Assembly: GCF_963921235.1 (NCBI RefSeq)
Contig: NC_086108.1
Coordinates: 67,334,001 to 67,398,000, forward strand
Source of the DNA: Mobula hypostoma
Lineage: Eukaryota
DNA length: 64,000 nucleotides
Reading direction: 5' to 3'
Below the pieces are notes generated by a model. The model made no database searches and had not been told where the DNA came from. It saw only the letters and a program-made list of their open reading frames with translations. A program made the position numbers and the translations under genes. Of this stretch, positions 38,343-52,360 are shown one piece after another (positions within the stretch are counted from its first letter, which is position 1; every line of letters starts with the position of its first letter).

Positions 38343-41300
38343 AGTGGTAAACCATATATATGCTGTAACTGGGTTAACTGTCTGGACACACCCCTCTGCT
38401 GACTGCCCCTGTGGCTCCTCCCACAGATTCCTGTATAAAGGTGTTTCGTCTTGTCCCTCCCCCTCAGTCCGGGGGCAGACACTCACCATGGAGGTCATAT
38501 TGTACAGCGAATAAAAGCCTTTCAGTATTTTACCCAACTTCAGTCTTTTAGAGTTATTGAAGGTGCTTCAATTTTATTCGCTGTACATTTTAAAGCATGG
38601 AACACACGCTGAGACCCGACAGGTTAGACCTCAATCCGCAAACGCCTGAAGCTGGAAACGCTTTCGAAATCTGGCTGGCCTGCTTCAAAGCGTACCGAGA
38701 GGAGATTAAAGCGACCGACCCCCTAGCGAATTGCAGAGCTCTACTCTCCAGGGTCAGTCCACAGGTCTATTCGCTAATCAGAGACCAGCCGAGTTACGAC
38801 GGCGCGATGAGTGCCCTCAAAGGACAATACCTGCGGCCGATAAACAGCGTCTATGCTTGGCACCGCTTAGCGACAAGGCAACAACGCCCGGGGAATCAAG
38901 TGCTGAGATCGTCCAGGCCCTACGGACACTCGTGTGAGCCTGCAATTGCCGGGAGCTGACGGCGGCGCAGCATGCAGAACTCCTAGTGAGAGACGCCTTC
39001 ATCACGGGGACCAGGTCAGTGTATGTGTGCCAGCGGCTGTTGGAAAAAGCCGATCTTACCTTAAGTTCGGCGATCGAGCTGGCCGACACACTGGAGGCCG
39101 CTCTGCATAATTCCGAGGCTCTCCAGGCATGCGATCTCCCGATGGCCTCGTGGGCACCGCAGACCCCGCAACCCACCTGCGAATCGACCCCGGCTGCCCC
39201 CAGTCATGAGTCCGCGAAATGCTACTTCTGTGGACTGGAGAAGCAGCCCCGGAAACGCTGCGCGGCCCGACAAGCTACCTGCTCCAGCTGCGGAAAGGAG
39301 GGCCACTTCGCCAAGGTCTGTAAGTCCAAACCGCGAGCGGGATTGAGCAGCACCGCGTGCGAGACGTGGGGGTTGCTATCTTGCCTGCTGCCATCTTCCC
39401 TGCACACCGCCACCACGTGCCAGACATGGGGGCGGCCATCTTGGTCAGCTCCCCCTCCCACCACCTACGACCAACGGGTGCTCACGGGGCACCCCACCAC
39501 GCCGGACCAAGACAGTGACTCAACCCTGGCTTCCGTGACCCTCGACCAAAGCGCTCCCCACCAGCTCGCAAGGTCAATGATGGACATCTTGGTGGAGAGG
39601 CGCAGGACAAGCTGCCTGTTTGACACGAACAGCACGGAGAGTTTTATCCACCCGGACACGGTGCAGCATTGCGGACTCGTGATACGGCCGGTAAGTCAAA
39701 GGGTCTCCATGGCTTCCGGGTCGCATACAACAGACATCTGGGGGGGATTGTGTAGCGACGCTAGTGGTGCAGGGCACAGAATATCGAGACTTTACGTTAC
39801 TGGTCATGCCTCAACTGTGTGCCCCTGTGCTATTGGGGCTCGACTTCCAGAGCCACCTGAAAAGCGTGATAATGAAGTATGATGGGCCCCTCCCACCAAT
39901 TACTGTCGTAAATCCCCAGTTTTGTAGGGATATGTCACATACCCCGCTACTGACCACACACACACACCGACCCGCCCAACACCATGCCAACTGCCGCACC
40001 ACTGACGCCACTTGCGGCCTCTCCACCCTCAAGATCCCTCCCCCACTGCTGTTCGCCAACCTGACCCCAGACTGTAAACCCATGGCAACTAAAAGCAGGA
40101 GGTACAACGCGGGGGGACAAAGCTTTCTTTAAGTCAGAGGTGCAGCGGCTGCTCAGGGAGGGGGTCATTAAGGCAAGCACAAGTCCTTGGACGGCTCAGG
40201 TGGTCGTTGTTCGGAATGGGGAGAAGGATAGGATGGTCGTGGACTATAGCCAGACCATCTATAGGTTCACGCAGCTCGACGCGTACCCTCTACTCCGCAT
40301 CGCGGATATGGTCAATCAGATAGCACAGTACAAGGTGTACTCAACCATAGACCTAAAATCCGCTTACCATCAGCTCCCCATCCGCCGGCAGGACCGCCCT
40401 TACACTGCTTTCAAGGCGGACGGCAGACTTTATCACTTTCTGCGCGTCCCCTTCGGTGTCACGAATGGTGTATCTGTCTTCCAGAGGGAAATGGACTGGA
40501 TGGTGGACCAGTGCCAACTGAAGGCCACGTTCCCATATCTGGATAACATCACCATCGGCGGTCACGACTGGTAGGATCACGACAACAACCTCCAAAAATT
40601 TCTCCAACGGCCAAATCTTTCAACCTCACCTATAACAAGGACAAGTGTGTATTCGGGACCACCCGACTTGCTATCCTTGGGTGTCTTGTGGAAAATGGAG
40701 TCATTAGCCCTGACCTCGACCGTATGCGCCCCCTGCTGGAACTCCCTCTTCCCAACACCCTCAGAGCCCTCAAAAGGTGCCTGGGCTTCTTTTCATATTA
40801 CGCCCAATGGGTCTCTAACTATGGAGACAAGGCCCGCCCCCGGTTGAGTCCACCACATTCCCCCTCTCAGCCGAGGCCCGCGTGGCCTTCAACGCATAAA
40901 AGGGGACATTGCCAAAGCAGCAATGCATGCGGTGGATGAGGCCATTCCCTTCCAAGTAGAGAGTGACGCCTCCGACTATGCACTGGCTGCTACCCTCAAC
41001 CAGGCGGGAAGACCAGTGGCGTTCTTCTCCTGTACCCTTCAAGGCCCTGAAATTCGGCACTCTGCGGTGGAGAAAGAGGCCCAGGCCATAGTGGAAGCTA
41101 TTAGGCACTGGAGGCACTATCTCACCGGCAAAAAGTTCACCCTGCTAACTGACCAGCGCTCAGTCGCATTCATGTTTAATAACCAACAGCGGGGCAAAAT
41201 CAAAAATGATAAAATTCTGAGGTGGAGAATCGAACTCTCCACCTACAACTATGACATCATGTACAGGCCTGGGAAGCTCAACGAGCCCTCTGATGCCCTA

Positions 41301-42777
41301 TCCCGGGGAACGTGTGCCAGCACGCAGATCGACCGGCTATACGCCCTACATGTAGATCTTTGCCACCTGGGGGGTCACCTGGCTTTTCCACTTCGTGAAA
41401 GCCCAGAACCTGCCTTACTCCATTGAGGAGATCAGGACGATGACCAGGGACTGCCAAGTCTGCGCAGAGTGCAAACCGCACTTCTACCGACCCGAAAAGG
41501 CACAACTCATCAAGGCCACCTGCCCCTTTGAGCAACTGAGTGCTGACTTTAAGGGCCCCCTTCCCTCCACCGACCGCAATGTGTACTTTCTGAACGTCAT
41601 CGATGAGTACTCACGGTTCCCCTTCGCCATCCCCTGCCCCGACACCACTACCACGTCAGTTATAAAAGCCCTGCACAAGCTCTACACTCTGTTCGGATAC
41701 CCATGCTATATCCACAGTGACAGAAGGTCCTCGTTTATGAGTGACGAGCTGCGCCAATACCTGCTGGCTAGGGGAATTGCAACTAGTAGGACCACGAGCT
41801 ATAATCCCCGGGGGAATGGACAGGTGGAGAAGGAGAATGACACAGTGTGGAAAGCCACACTCTTAGCCCTCAGGTCAAAGGAACTGCTGGTCTCTCGCTC
41901 GCAGGAGGTCCTTCCCGAGGCACTCCACTCCATCCGCTCCCTGTTATGCACAGCCACCAATGCTACCCATCATGAGCGGCTCCTTTCTTTTCCCAGAAAG
42001 TTGACCACTGGGACCACCCTACCAACTTGGCTGACGTCCCCGGGGCCAGTGCTGCTCCGGAAACATGTGAGGAGCAATAAATACACCCCGATGGTCGAGA
42101 GGGTTGACTTACTTCATGCGAACCCTCAGTATGCCTATGTGGTTTTACCTGATGGGCGGGAGGACACGGTCTCCATCCGCAACCTGGCGCCCGCAGGAGC
42201 ACTGGTCTCCTACCCTGAACACTCCATGGTGACTATTGACCCCGTACCCACCGATGTATGTACCCACCAGACACCACGCACTCCAACCCTACACAGACAC
42301 CACACGACACTCCCATACCGGGCGCGACGCACACGCACGAGGGATTAACAACGCCTAACGTGCTGGCACCTCAAGTCAGGCCGGGGCCAGCACAACCGCC
42401 GTCGCCGGTGCGATCACCACCGGTGCTACGTAGATCACAGCGACGGACTCGACTGCCTGATAGACTTGACCTGTAGATATACTTGTTTTAAATACTGTCA
42501 GTCACTTCACCCCACGGGACTCTTTTTTTTTAAAAAGGAGGGGTGAATGTGGTAAACCAAATATATGTTTTAACTGGGTTAACTGTCTGGACACGCCCCT
42601 CTGCTGACTGCCCCTGAGGCTCCTCCCACAGAGTCCTGTATAAAGGTGCTTCGCCTTGCCCCTCCCCCTCAGTCCGGGGGCAGACACTCACCATGGAGAT
42701 CGTATTGTACAGCGAATAAAAGCCTTTCAGTATTTTACCCAAATTCAGTCTTTTGGAGTTATTGAAGGTGCGCTTCA
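38343..42777 (+). mobile_element. Full-length Ty3/Gypsy LTR retrotransposon (gag-PR-RT-RNaseH-IN), inactivated
   Basis: LTRs 38343-38570 and 42548-42777 (about 14 substitutions plus a 2-nt indel by eye). PPT aaaaaggaggggtgaa. CCHC CSSCGKEGHFAKVC, protease LFDTNS, RT IDLKSAYHQ..YLDN, RNaseH ESDASD, integrase DFKGP..HSD..GNGQVEKEN. Confidence 0.97.
38597..42476 (+). pseudogene. Gypsy gag-pol, multiple frameshifts and stops
   Basis: ORF fragments 38597-38959, 38986-39882, 39764-40132, 40140-40574, 40688-40939, 40923-41426 and 41395-42348. Confidence 0.93.
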
Positions 42778-43241
42778 GGAACACAGGAGGTGTTTCTGTT
42801 TTGGTTACCCAGAGAACTGGGCAGTAGCAGAACACTGCATGTGAAGTGGCCATAAGATTGACTTTGATGGCACAAAACTATTGTGCAGTGCCAATGGCTT
42901 TTTGGGACTGCTTGGTAAAGGAAACCATTGAAATAAATCTGGAAGAAAATAATTTTAACAAAGATGAAGGTCTCGCTCTAAGTAAGAACTGGAATTAATT
43001 GTAAGCAAGGTGGGAGAGCGGAAACCTGATTGGATGAGGACTAACTAATCAAGAGGGACAGACTACAGGGGTATAAATACCACCAGACTAGACATGCCCA
43101 GGCATCAATCCTGATGAACTTGGTGGAGTTTGTCATGGAACCGTCAGTTATAATTGAATCCTGTACCCAGCTGGAAGCCCAAAAAGAGTTTATTTGTACA
43201 TACGCCTGGAAAGCACTAGATCCTTTTTCATATTTACTTTG

Positions 43242-46200
43242 TCTTACATTTTTTAACTCCTGAAACTGAAAGGAAAACACAGGAGCTGGGATATTTGTCT
43301 ACTTAGTTTTTCTTTTCTTTTTTTAGTGAGGCACTGACATATGACATGGTGGTGTAATGATGTATGCCATTCACATACTTCTTACATATAACCCTTAATG
43401 AGTTATGTAAACAAAGAATGCTTAATCAAACAATATATTTACAATATTATTGAAATATTAAATACACTACACTCCTCCCTGCTGAGCTATAAACTACCAC
43501 TCAATTTAGAAAGCATTTGAGACTCACATATGTAACATATTGCTCTCTAGTCACCTTTTATATAAACACAAGGTATACTATACAATACAACTACTACATA
43601 GACATCTACAGCATAGTAAATTTTAAATTGTCCCATTCATGCCTGAAGATTTAATCACTGTGGAGGATTTCTTAATCTTGTGGGATCATGTCTTTCCTGA
43701 AAGGGGTGGGGGTGGAGGCGTGGGTCACTGCTTTTTGCTAGGTGAGACTTGTGGCTGTGAAACAATCTCATGTTCTAGGGCCTCCTCTGTGGTGGTTGTA
43801 GGAGTTAACTCTGGGGCTGCACGAAGTGGTTCTGATAGCTCTGGACACCTTTCTTTCCTAACAATTGCCTCTGTTCTCCTCAATGGATCGACATGTTGTC
43901 TCCAGATGACGTCAGACACAATCTCCACTGTGTATGACAGTGTTCCATTTCTGTCCTTAATCTTTCCAAATACCCACTTTTGATCATCTCTGTAGTCCCT
44001 CCTCAGGAATGCTTGTCCTGATGTGAAACATCAAGCCTTCAATTTGTCTCAGCTGTTTATTCTGCATACTCCTTTTGAGATTGGATTTAAGGAGATCCAA
44101 GCTTGAGCGAAAGGGATGACCTAGGAACATCATAGCTGGTGAACTGTTAATTGTGGAGTGTGCGGCACTGTAATATGCAAACAGAAATTGGTGAGCTTCT
44201 GATTCAGTGCAGTGTGTTCTGCTGATATTGCTCGCAGTGCCAAGCTGCTCTATCTGTTGATCTATCCCAGACCACCAGACAAAGCTTTGAGCCAACATTT
44301 TCAGGTTGACCACACCTACATTACTGGCATTTAGCACCTTCAACACTTCATCTATCAGCCTGAATGCTACAACAACACTTAATCCCAACATAAGGCAACC
44401 CTGTCAAGGGCAAGTTCATCCAGCGCTGGTAAAAATGGGGAACTGGACTTACTGCCGCACATTCCAGCCATTTTGGGATGCCATGAGACAGTGAGAGTGC
44501 AAGGGGTCTTTTCTACTTTCCCTTTGTTTCATCTCTGCCGTAATAGGGAGACTTACAATTTACATTAAGGCGAATATATCAAGGGGATTGTCCTCCTTTG
44601 TAAAATTTTTTTAGGTATTTCCTTTTCCAAGTGTAAATACAACAATCCATCAGCATATCTTTGGTTAGTTGTCTTCTTTAATTTGATATTATAGTTTGCC
44701 TCCTCCAAGAAACAGAACCCATCTTTGCATTCATGCCATTGCTGTTAGTAGATCACCTTCAGAGGATTGAAAATGAACACTGGGGGCTGATGATTAGTAA
44801 TGAGGGTACTCTCTCCTGTAGAGGTACTGGTTGATACGTTCTGCATCCCAAACTAGACTCAAGACCTCTCTGTCAGCCTGTACACAATTTTTCTCTGTAG
44901 CAGTAATGAAACACGATGCAAGGCTGTGGGGCTTTCACTTCCATCACTCATAGCATGTAACATGACTGCACCTGTACCATAAGGTGAGGTGTCACAGAGA
45001 AGTTTCACTGGACAATATGGATCATAATGTGTGAGTACAGTGTCTGACATCACCATTCCTTTGTCTTTTGGAAAGCCACCTTATACTGCTTCGTCCATTG
45101 ATATTTCCTTCCAATCTATAGTAATGAGTTCAAGGGATGTAATACAGTAGACAGGTTTGGCAGGAACCTGTTATACTAATTGACAAATTCTAAAAAGGAC
45201 CACAACTGTGACCCATCCTTTGCCATTGAGGCATCCACCACTGGTTGAACTTTCTCAGCATTCTTGTGTAATACTTGTGCGTCAATGGTGTGACCACAGT
45301 AAGTGATGATTGCTTGAAAGAATTCACACTTGTGTTGTGTTCTGAGACGATAATCTTCTAATTTCTTAACCCTGTCTTTAGATTTTGGAAATGTGCCATC
45401 TTCACTGGTAGTAATGATGTCATCCAGGTAACACTGAATGCCAGGGCAGATTTGCAGCATCTGGTACCTAGTGTTCTGCCAGGCAGCAGGTGCAGATGCT
45501 ACTCCAAAATTAAGCCTATTATAGCAATAAAGCCCCTTGTGAGTGTTTATGTGAGCAACACTTTGGATTCTTCTTCCATCTCCATCTGTAGGTGAGGACT
45601 CAGCTAAGTCCAACTTGATGAAGTGTTTCCCTCCAGAAAGGTTTGCAAATATTTCCTCTATCCTGGGCAAAGGGCATTGGCTACTTTCAGTACATTTCTT
45701 AATTCGCTTTTGGTTGACTCTATTCTAAGGCATGGGGCATGCAAATGGTGTAGGGATCTCCTTTCAAGTTGTAGCTGTCTCAACCATTCGGGACCCCACA
45801 ATGATGGCCCTCCTGTTTTCACCACATACAAGCACAATGTAGCTAGTTGTTGTCTTACTTCACTGCTACAAATGTCATTCCACCTAGAGTTATCTTTTCT
45901 CTGGTATAAATTCTTAGTTGGGTATCTCCAAGCTTCAGTTTAGTATCTTTGAACAGCCATTCAAACAAATATTGTGGAAAAATTGATATATAGAAGAGTT
46001 AGTATCCAACTCTACATTAATTAATTTGCTGCTCACTGCTGGTGTGAGCCATATTACTTGTCTCTTGTTAATCACAAGTCTACCCAGTCCCATGTTACTC
46101 TCATCATTATCAGGCTTTTATCAGCAGCATTCCAATTAGTGCTCTTTCTAAAAATGCAACTTGACTTTTTATGTTTTTTCTCTTCCCTGGGCAGTCCACT

Positions 46201-47269
46201 TATTTTTGTCTGCCTGACCTGCTCTTTGAGGGTGTCCTACTTTGTTGCATTTTCTGCAAATTTCACCTTTAAACCTGCATTGGGCTGGTTTTCGTGAGCC
46301 CCTGCGACAACAGTAACACAATTTGTTTGGCCAAATGGGTTCATGTTTAGACATTGCAATTTCATACATTCTCACTTCCATCCCTAACTGCAACTCAACT
46401 GTGTCTATGGCTGCTGTTCCCATTGATACAGTGATTTCTACTGCTTTTTTAAATGTGAGTTGTGCTTCAGTTAGGAATTGACAATGCTTAGACAATTTCT
46501 TCAATTCAGCCACATAAGCTAAAATAGACTCCACTTCCTTTTGATTTCACTTATGAAACCCAAAGCATTCTGCAATCAACAGTGATTTAGGCTCTGAGTG
46601 TTCCTATGTTACATTCACCATACCAGCAAAGCTCATTTCAGTTGGTGTAGTTAAACTTCAAAGCAAACTGTATACTTTTCCAGCCCTTGCACTCACAACC
46701 TGGCACTCATTTTTCATCGGCTATTTCACTTGCCTCATAATACTGCTCAATTCATTCAGCCAGTTATTTGTTGTGCAATCGAACACATCTATCTTGCCGA
46801 TGAAGCCAGCTATTTCTACTTTTTGTTTATCATTATTATCACCCAGTACTCACTGTTTATGAACCCGTGACCATATTTGTTGCTCGTTAATTTTGTCTGT
46901 TTTCTGTTTTTTTTTAAAAAAGTTGTGTTTTTCTCTCTCTCCTTCTGAAGAAAAATGTGCTGCACTCGAACAGGTAGGTAGTTACCTTAGGTTCATTTTA
47001 AAATGCCCTCGTAACCACAGTCATGTTTTGTAACTCCAGAAACTGATCAAAAGAAAAATGCAGCAGCTGGGTTTTTTGTGTAAATAGTTTTACCTTCCTT
47101 TGCTTTTAGTAAGGCACTCATATATGATATGGTGGTGTAATGATGTATGCCATTCATATTCTTCTTATATATAACCTGAAATGAATTATATAAACAAACA
47201 ACAAATGCTTAATCAAACAGCAAATTTACAATAATCCTCAAATATTTCTGAAATATTGAATGCATTACA
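43242..47269 (-). mobile_element. Older Ty3/Gypsy (Mag-like) LTR retrotransposon with 5-bp TSD
   Basis: Diverged LTRs 43242-43471 and ~47019-47269. TSD CTTTG at 43237-41 and 47270-74. PBS-like TGGTTACGAGG (47007-17, minus) and PPT at 43472-82. Peptides CRKCNKVGH, PRIEEIFANLSGGKHF..YLDDI, LTHYDP..CDTSPYG. Confidence 0.9.
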
Positions 47270-49947
47270 CTTTGAACTTTGATATCATGTACAAGACTGG
47301 ATCATGCATGATCTTATTGAAGAGCGGAGGAAGCTTCAATGCCTGTATGACCTGCTAGTGCTGCTGTTTAACTATCAGTGCAAATTAAGATTTTAAGATA
47401 GAGTTATTCACTGTTTATTACATAGGAATTTACTGGAGTTAATGCTTTATTTAAAATCATATTCCCTCATGAAGATAAATTTAGCACTGACAAGCCTGTT
47501 GATTCTTTGCTCTCTGCAGTTAGCACCATAAGCCCAGCAGACTGACCAAATCTAGTGGAAACAGATAAAGAGTTTTTGCCAGATCTCTATCTGCTGCTGG
47601 TTCCTGAAATTCTGGAGTTTTTCCAGTAAAACTGCTGAGCCAGTGTTAGCACATCAGTGGGCAACTGGCAGATGTTACACATCAAAATGGCGCAACCAAC
47701 TGAGTGAGTAATTTAACATATTCCATCAAATCTATTAAAAGTACAAGTAAATTGGGTTTCTGACAGTTCAGGGCCAGAATTCTACAAACAAACAGTGACA
47801 CACACATTCCCTCAATTTTTTTTACAGCTGCGTGGACCAATATTTGCTCTGAGCCGGAAATCTTTACACGCCCTGAAAAGTGTGCAGTACTTTACATGAT
47901 TTTTTTTCTGTAATATGCATACTGAATATTTAAAATGAAAATTGGAAAATCACCTACTTTTGATTTTTTTATTAATTGAAAGATAGAATAAAATGCAGTA
48001 CAAAGAAAATCTTCAATGTTTCGTAAACTTCTTAGCCTACATGCCGTTGATGTTTATTAACAATGAGCTACTGACTTCCATTATATGTTTATTGTTACAA
48101 CTTGTAACAGTTTTGTAACTTGAAATATTGATAATGTAGATATGGTGAAGCTCTAAGATGTTTCAAACTAAAGGGTGTGGTTCATTTATTATTTAGAAAG
48201 TTTATGGATTATATTCATTAACACAATTAATTACAGGGCATTTCATAGTTATATTAACATATATTTCAAAATTATACTTTGAGGAACTCAGCAGGTCAGG
48301 CAGCATCCAGGGAAATTAATAACAGTTAATATTTCAGGCTGACTCCTTTCTCTATGACCTGCTGAGTTCCTCCAGTATTTTGTGTGTGTTGCTCTAATCA
48401 GAAATAGTCAGTTTCTTGATGAGTCAATTTCTACCAAATAATAAATTCTTCAAAGGAGGTAAGAACAAGTTTTTTTTACACCTTACACATTGTAAAGGTA
48501 ACACTGAATGTTAATAAGTACTGTTGAAACCAAACGAAAACCACTGGGAGACTAATCCAGTGTACTCAGCACTGCATGACAGCTTCCAAGTAACAAATTT
48601 CCAATTTGAGAAAGCTACATTCAATCCTTTATTACAAAACCTGCAAAGATCAATGATCTTGTAGTGATGAAAAACTAACAAAACAAAATTAGTGATATAA
48701 CAGTCTAACTTGTGGTCTAATAGCAATATTAGCATTCAAATAGCATAACTAAGCGTTCCAATAGAGTTCCAATGAGTGATCTAGTTAGCGAAATAACAAA
48801 GTTAGTGTAACAATTAGCATATTTAAGCGTTCTAATAACATTCCCATTAATGGTCAACAAAAAATATAATTCCACATGGCTTACTCACTCTCCACTAGAC
48901 TAGAGAGAACAACTAATAAAACAACAATATGTTACTATACTCATTTGCTTCTACCATGCCCCAACCTACTTGAAAGGTTACCATATTAAAAGCGCCAAAA
49001 TATACGATATGGACAGAAAATAGATACATGGCTCCTTCATCCCATTACCATAGTGTAATTATTGCACAATAATAATTACAACTACATACTACTAAAATAG
49101 GAGACATGAATTCATCAAAGGCAAACATCTTAACATTTATATAAATGTCTGCTTTCTTCTTTCAATCAAGGATGGTGAGGTTTTCAGAAGCAAAAGGTGG
49201 TTGGGTGCAAGTGTTTTCAATCTATTGGGATGGGATGCTTTAGTATTTGGATTGCCATTGATAATAGCCTGTATTTCATAATGGACTCCGTGGAAACCCT
49301 CTTTGTCAAGATTCTGTACCTTCATGGTGGAATTGCAAACCTTTCACACAGACCTGATCAATCTCTCCTGTGTTCCTCCATGATGTGAACCAGCCGGGGG
49401 GTTAAAAATCTACTCAATTCCTTATTGAAGAAGGATACCACTGATCTGTGAATGATTTAATTTCTCAATGGCTCCTCACAACTCACGCTCAGCTCCAAAA
49501 AAGTTTATCACATTTTCAGAGCTCAGTTCACAGACTGTCCTCATCTTACTATAAAGTGTCAAAGGGCATTAACAAAGAAATCTGTGCATAAGGAAGATGC
49601 CACTTTAATGCGAACAGCTCGTATAGCTAGACAGGTAAATATAACCCCATACCTCTTCACTGTACTGTTTCTGCTCTTCACCTCAAAAGGTCCAAAGTAG
49701 TCCACTCCCACACACGTAAACGAATGGTCATCTGGAAAGACCCTGTCCAGAGGCAGACCTGCCATGCGCTGGCATCCTGGAGCTGGATGTATCCATTGCC
49801 AAGTAACACGCTGAGACGGGATTCTTCTTACAGCTGTACTAGCACCAGGTATCCAGTACTTTTGGATCAATGTGGACAACATCTTCAAATATTGGATTGA
49901 GCTTGAAAATATCCCTGTTCCTCTTCACACCTTCCATTTGAAAACTT

Positions 49948-50558
49948 CAGAATCAGAATCAGAATCAGAATCAAAATCAGGTTTATTATCACCGGCATGT
50001 GTTGTGGAATTTGTTAACTTAGCAGCAGCAGTTCAATGTAATACATAATATAGAAGAAGAGAAAAAATATAAAAATAAATAAATCAATTGCAGTATATGT
50101 ATATTAAATAGATTTAAACAGAAATAATATATATTTTAAAAGTGAGGTAGTGTTCACGGGATCAATGTCCATTCAGGAATCGGATGGCAGAGGAGAAGAA
50201 GCTGTTCCTGAATCGCTGAGTGTGTGCCTTCAGGCCTCTGTACCCCCTACCTGATGGTAACAGTGAGAAAAGGGCATGCCCTGGGTGCTGGAGGTCCTTA
50301 ATAATGGATGCTGCCTTTCCGAGACAACACTCCTTGAAGATGTCCGGGGTACTTTGTAGGCTAGTACCCAAGATGGAGCTGACTAGATTTACAACCCTCT
50401 GCAGCTTCTTTCGGTCCTGTGCAGTAGCCCAGCCCACCCCCATATCAGACAGTGATGCAGCCTGGCACAATGCTCTCCACTGTACACCTACAGAAGTTTT
50501 TGAATGTTTTTGTTGACATACCAAATGTCTTCAAACTCCTAATGAAGTATAGTTGCTG
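49948..50558 (-). mobile_element. Rex1/Babar 3' fragment in the BEL element
   Basis: (cagaat)n tail; closely similar to 7830-8415. Confidence 0.88.
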
Positions 50559-52360
50559 AGAATTCATCTGAAAATCTCTTTCTTTGGCAAAACCCAATGA
50601 TCTTCATTTCAGCCTTTCTGAGCTCCTCCACTAAGAAAAAAAATCTCAGCCAGTCTCTCCTTTGGCCTTCTCAATTTCTCTCTTCAAAGAATACCCTTGT
50701 TCTTCATCCAACTCACACTGAGCGAGAGTGAAGATTAATTGCTTCCAATTCCACTAAGAAACAAGAGCACATTCTTAAGACTAAGAATCCAGGCCACGAT
50801 CTTCCTCAATGGGTCCAAGACAAGAAGTGATGGATTATATGTGTTAACACGTCCATCTCCTCTTCAATTTGCATGGCATTCATCGTTAAACTCCTCTTGA
50901 CTTCCAGATCATCTAGCAGATGTTCTACAGAATAATTGGGATTCACAGGCCATTCACATTCAGACTGAAAGAGATACTGAGGCTCTGACACCTATGTCTC
51001 ATCCTTTAGGAATTCTTTCAGCTTCACATCTGCCAGGTTGCTTGAAGTGTTTACATACCTCCACTGAAATGCTTGAGAGACCTCAAGAATTTCTGAAACT
51101 TTGTTTGCAACACACATTCAAAACCTGGAAGTTTAATTCTTGACATACTTCAGTAAATAAGTACTATCAGTCCAAAACACTATGAGTCCTATGGGCCCTG
51201 AAGCTACATGTGCAACTCCTTCCTCCTCAATGTGTCCACACGGTTGCTATCATAGCAGCAGTGAGCTCCATTTGAAGGATAGTAACTGACCTCAATGGAG
51301 CTACCCTAGATTTTCCTATGATAAAAGCACTTGCACTTGACAACACTTGTTCTGCAACAAAAGGTAGGTCATTGCTCCATAGCCATCTTCTTTAGCCTCT
51401 GTAAAATGTTGTAACTGTGTGCTTCTCCAAGATCCAGGGGGTTCAAACATCTAACAACATTGAAGTCGTCAAACTAGCAGAGTTCTTCCAGCCAGCTTGT
51501 CCACTTATGGGCAACTGATGTTGGTATGGTGTCATCAAAGCCAAGCTCTTTCTCACAGAGATCTTGTAGGATCTTCTTAGCAGATTGCAGCACCAGAATC
51601 CAGATTCCTAACAAACTGATGTTGGTATACTGTCATCTCAGCCAAGTCCTTTCCTACATAAATATTGTTGGATCTTCTTAGGAGATAGTACACCAGACCC
51701 AAGATTCTAAAAAGGTTATAGATGGAACTAACTGTGGAAAGGATCCCCCTTCTGGTGAGTGGTCTTGGATCATGATCTTAAACCTGAAAGTATCAGACTG
51801 CATGCACCATTGCACACTCAGTACTCTCTCCACTGAAGGTATATCTTGATCCACATCCAAATCCTTCATGCCCTTCGCTCTTTGCTCCTACGGCATCACA
51901 ACTAGCACACTGTTGCTTATCCACTCTGTGAATCAAAAGCCACCTTTAGCCCAAGTGGATGGAAGGTCATGATAGCGAGACATTGGTTCCTCCACGGAGG
52001 ACACTGACACAAGGCAGTCATCAACGTAGAGGCAATGCAAAATCTTATTCACCATCTGCCAGTTGTACTGTTTTTCACTGTCTTCTGCACCTTTTCTAAG
52101 AGTGAAATTGGCACAGTTCGGTAATGAAGTTGCTTCAAAGAGATGTACCACCATTCTAAAGTCCACCATATCTTGGGTGGAGTAAACATCAGGCCACCAG
52201 AGAAACCTCAGCAGATCTGCATCTCCCACTGGTACTTTAACCTGATGAAACATTGATTCAATATCTGCCATGAACATCACTGGTTATGACTCCAATCAGA
52301 GAGCTCATAAGATCTTGTCCCTGTACAAGTTGAGCATTAAATGATATCCCCTGCAAAGTT

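Larger units (their letters stand above)
38146..43200 (+). mobile_element. Penelope-like GIY-YIG/3' fragment (second family) split by the Gypsy element
   Basis: RIPCECGAAYI..(38290-38342) continues as EHRRCFCFGYPENWAVAEHC (42778 onward). Degenerate hammerhead ctgatgaacttggtggagtttgtcatggaaccgtc at 43111-43145. Confidence 0.75.

Noticed and set aside
38339..42781. TSD for the younger Gypsy element
   Set aside because: The flanks (..catca / ggaac..) do not form a clean 4-5 bp duplication, and the 5' LTR's first base is altered.
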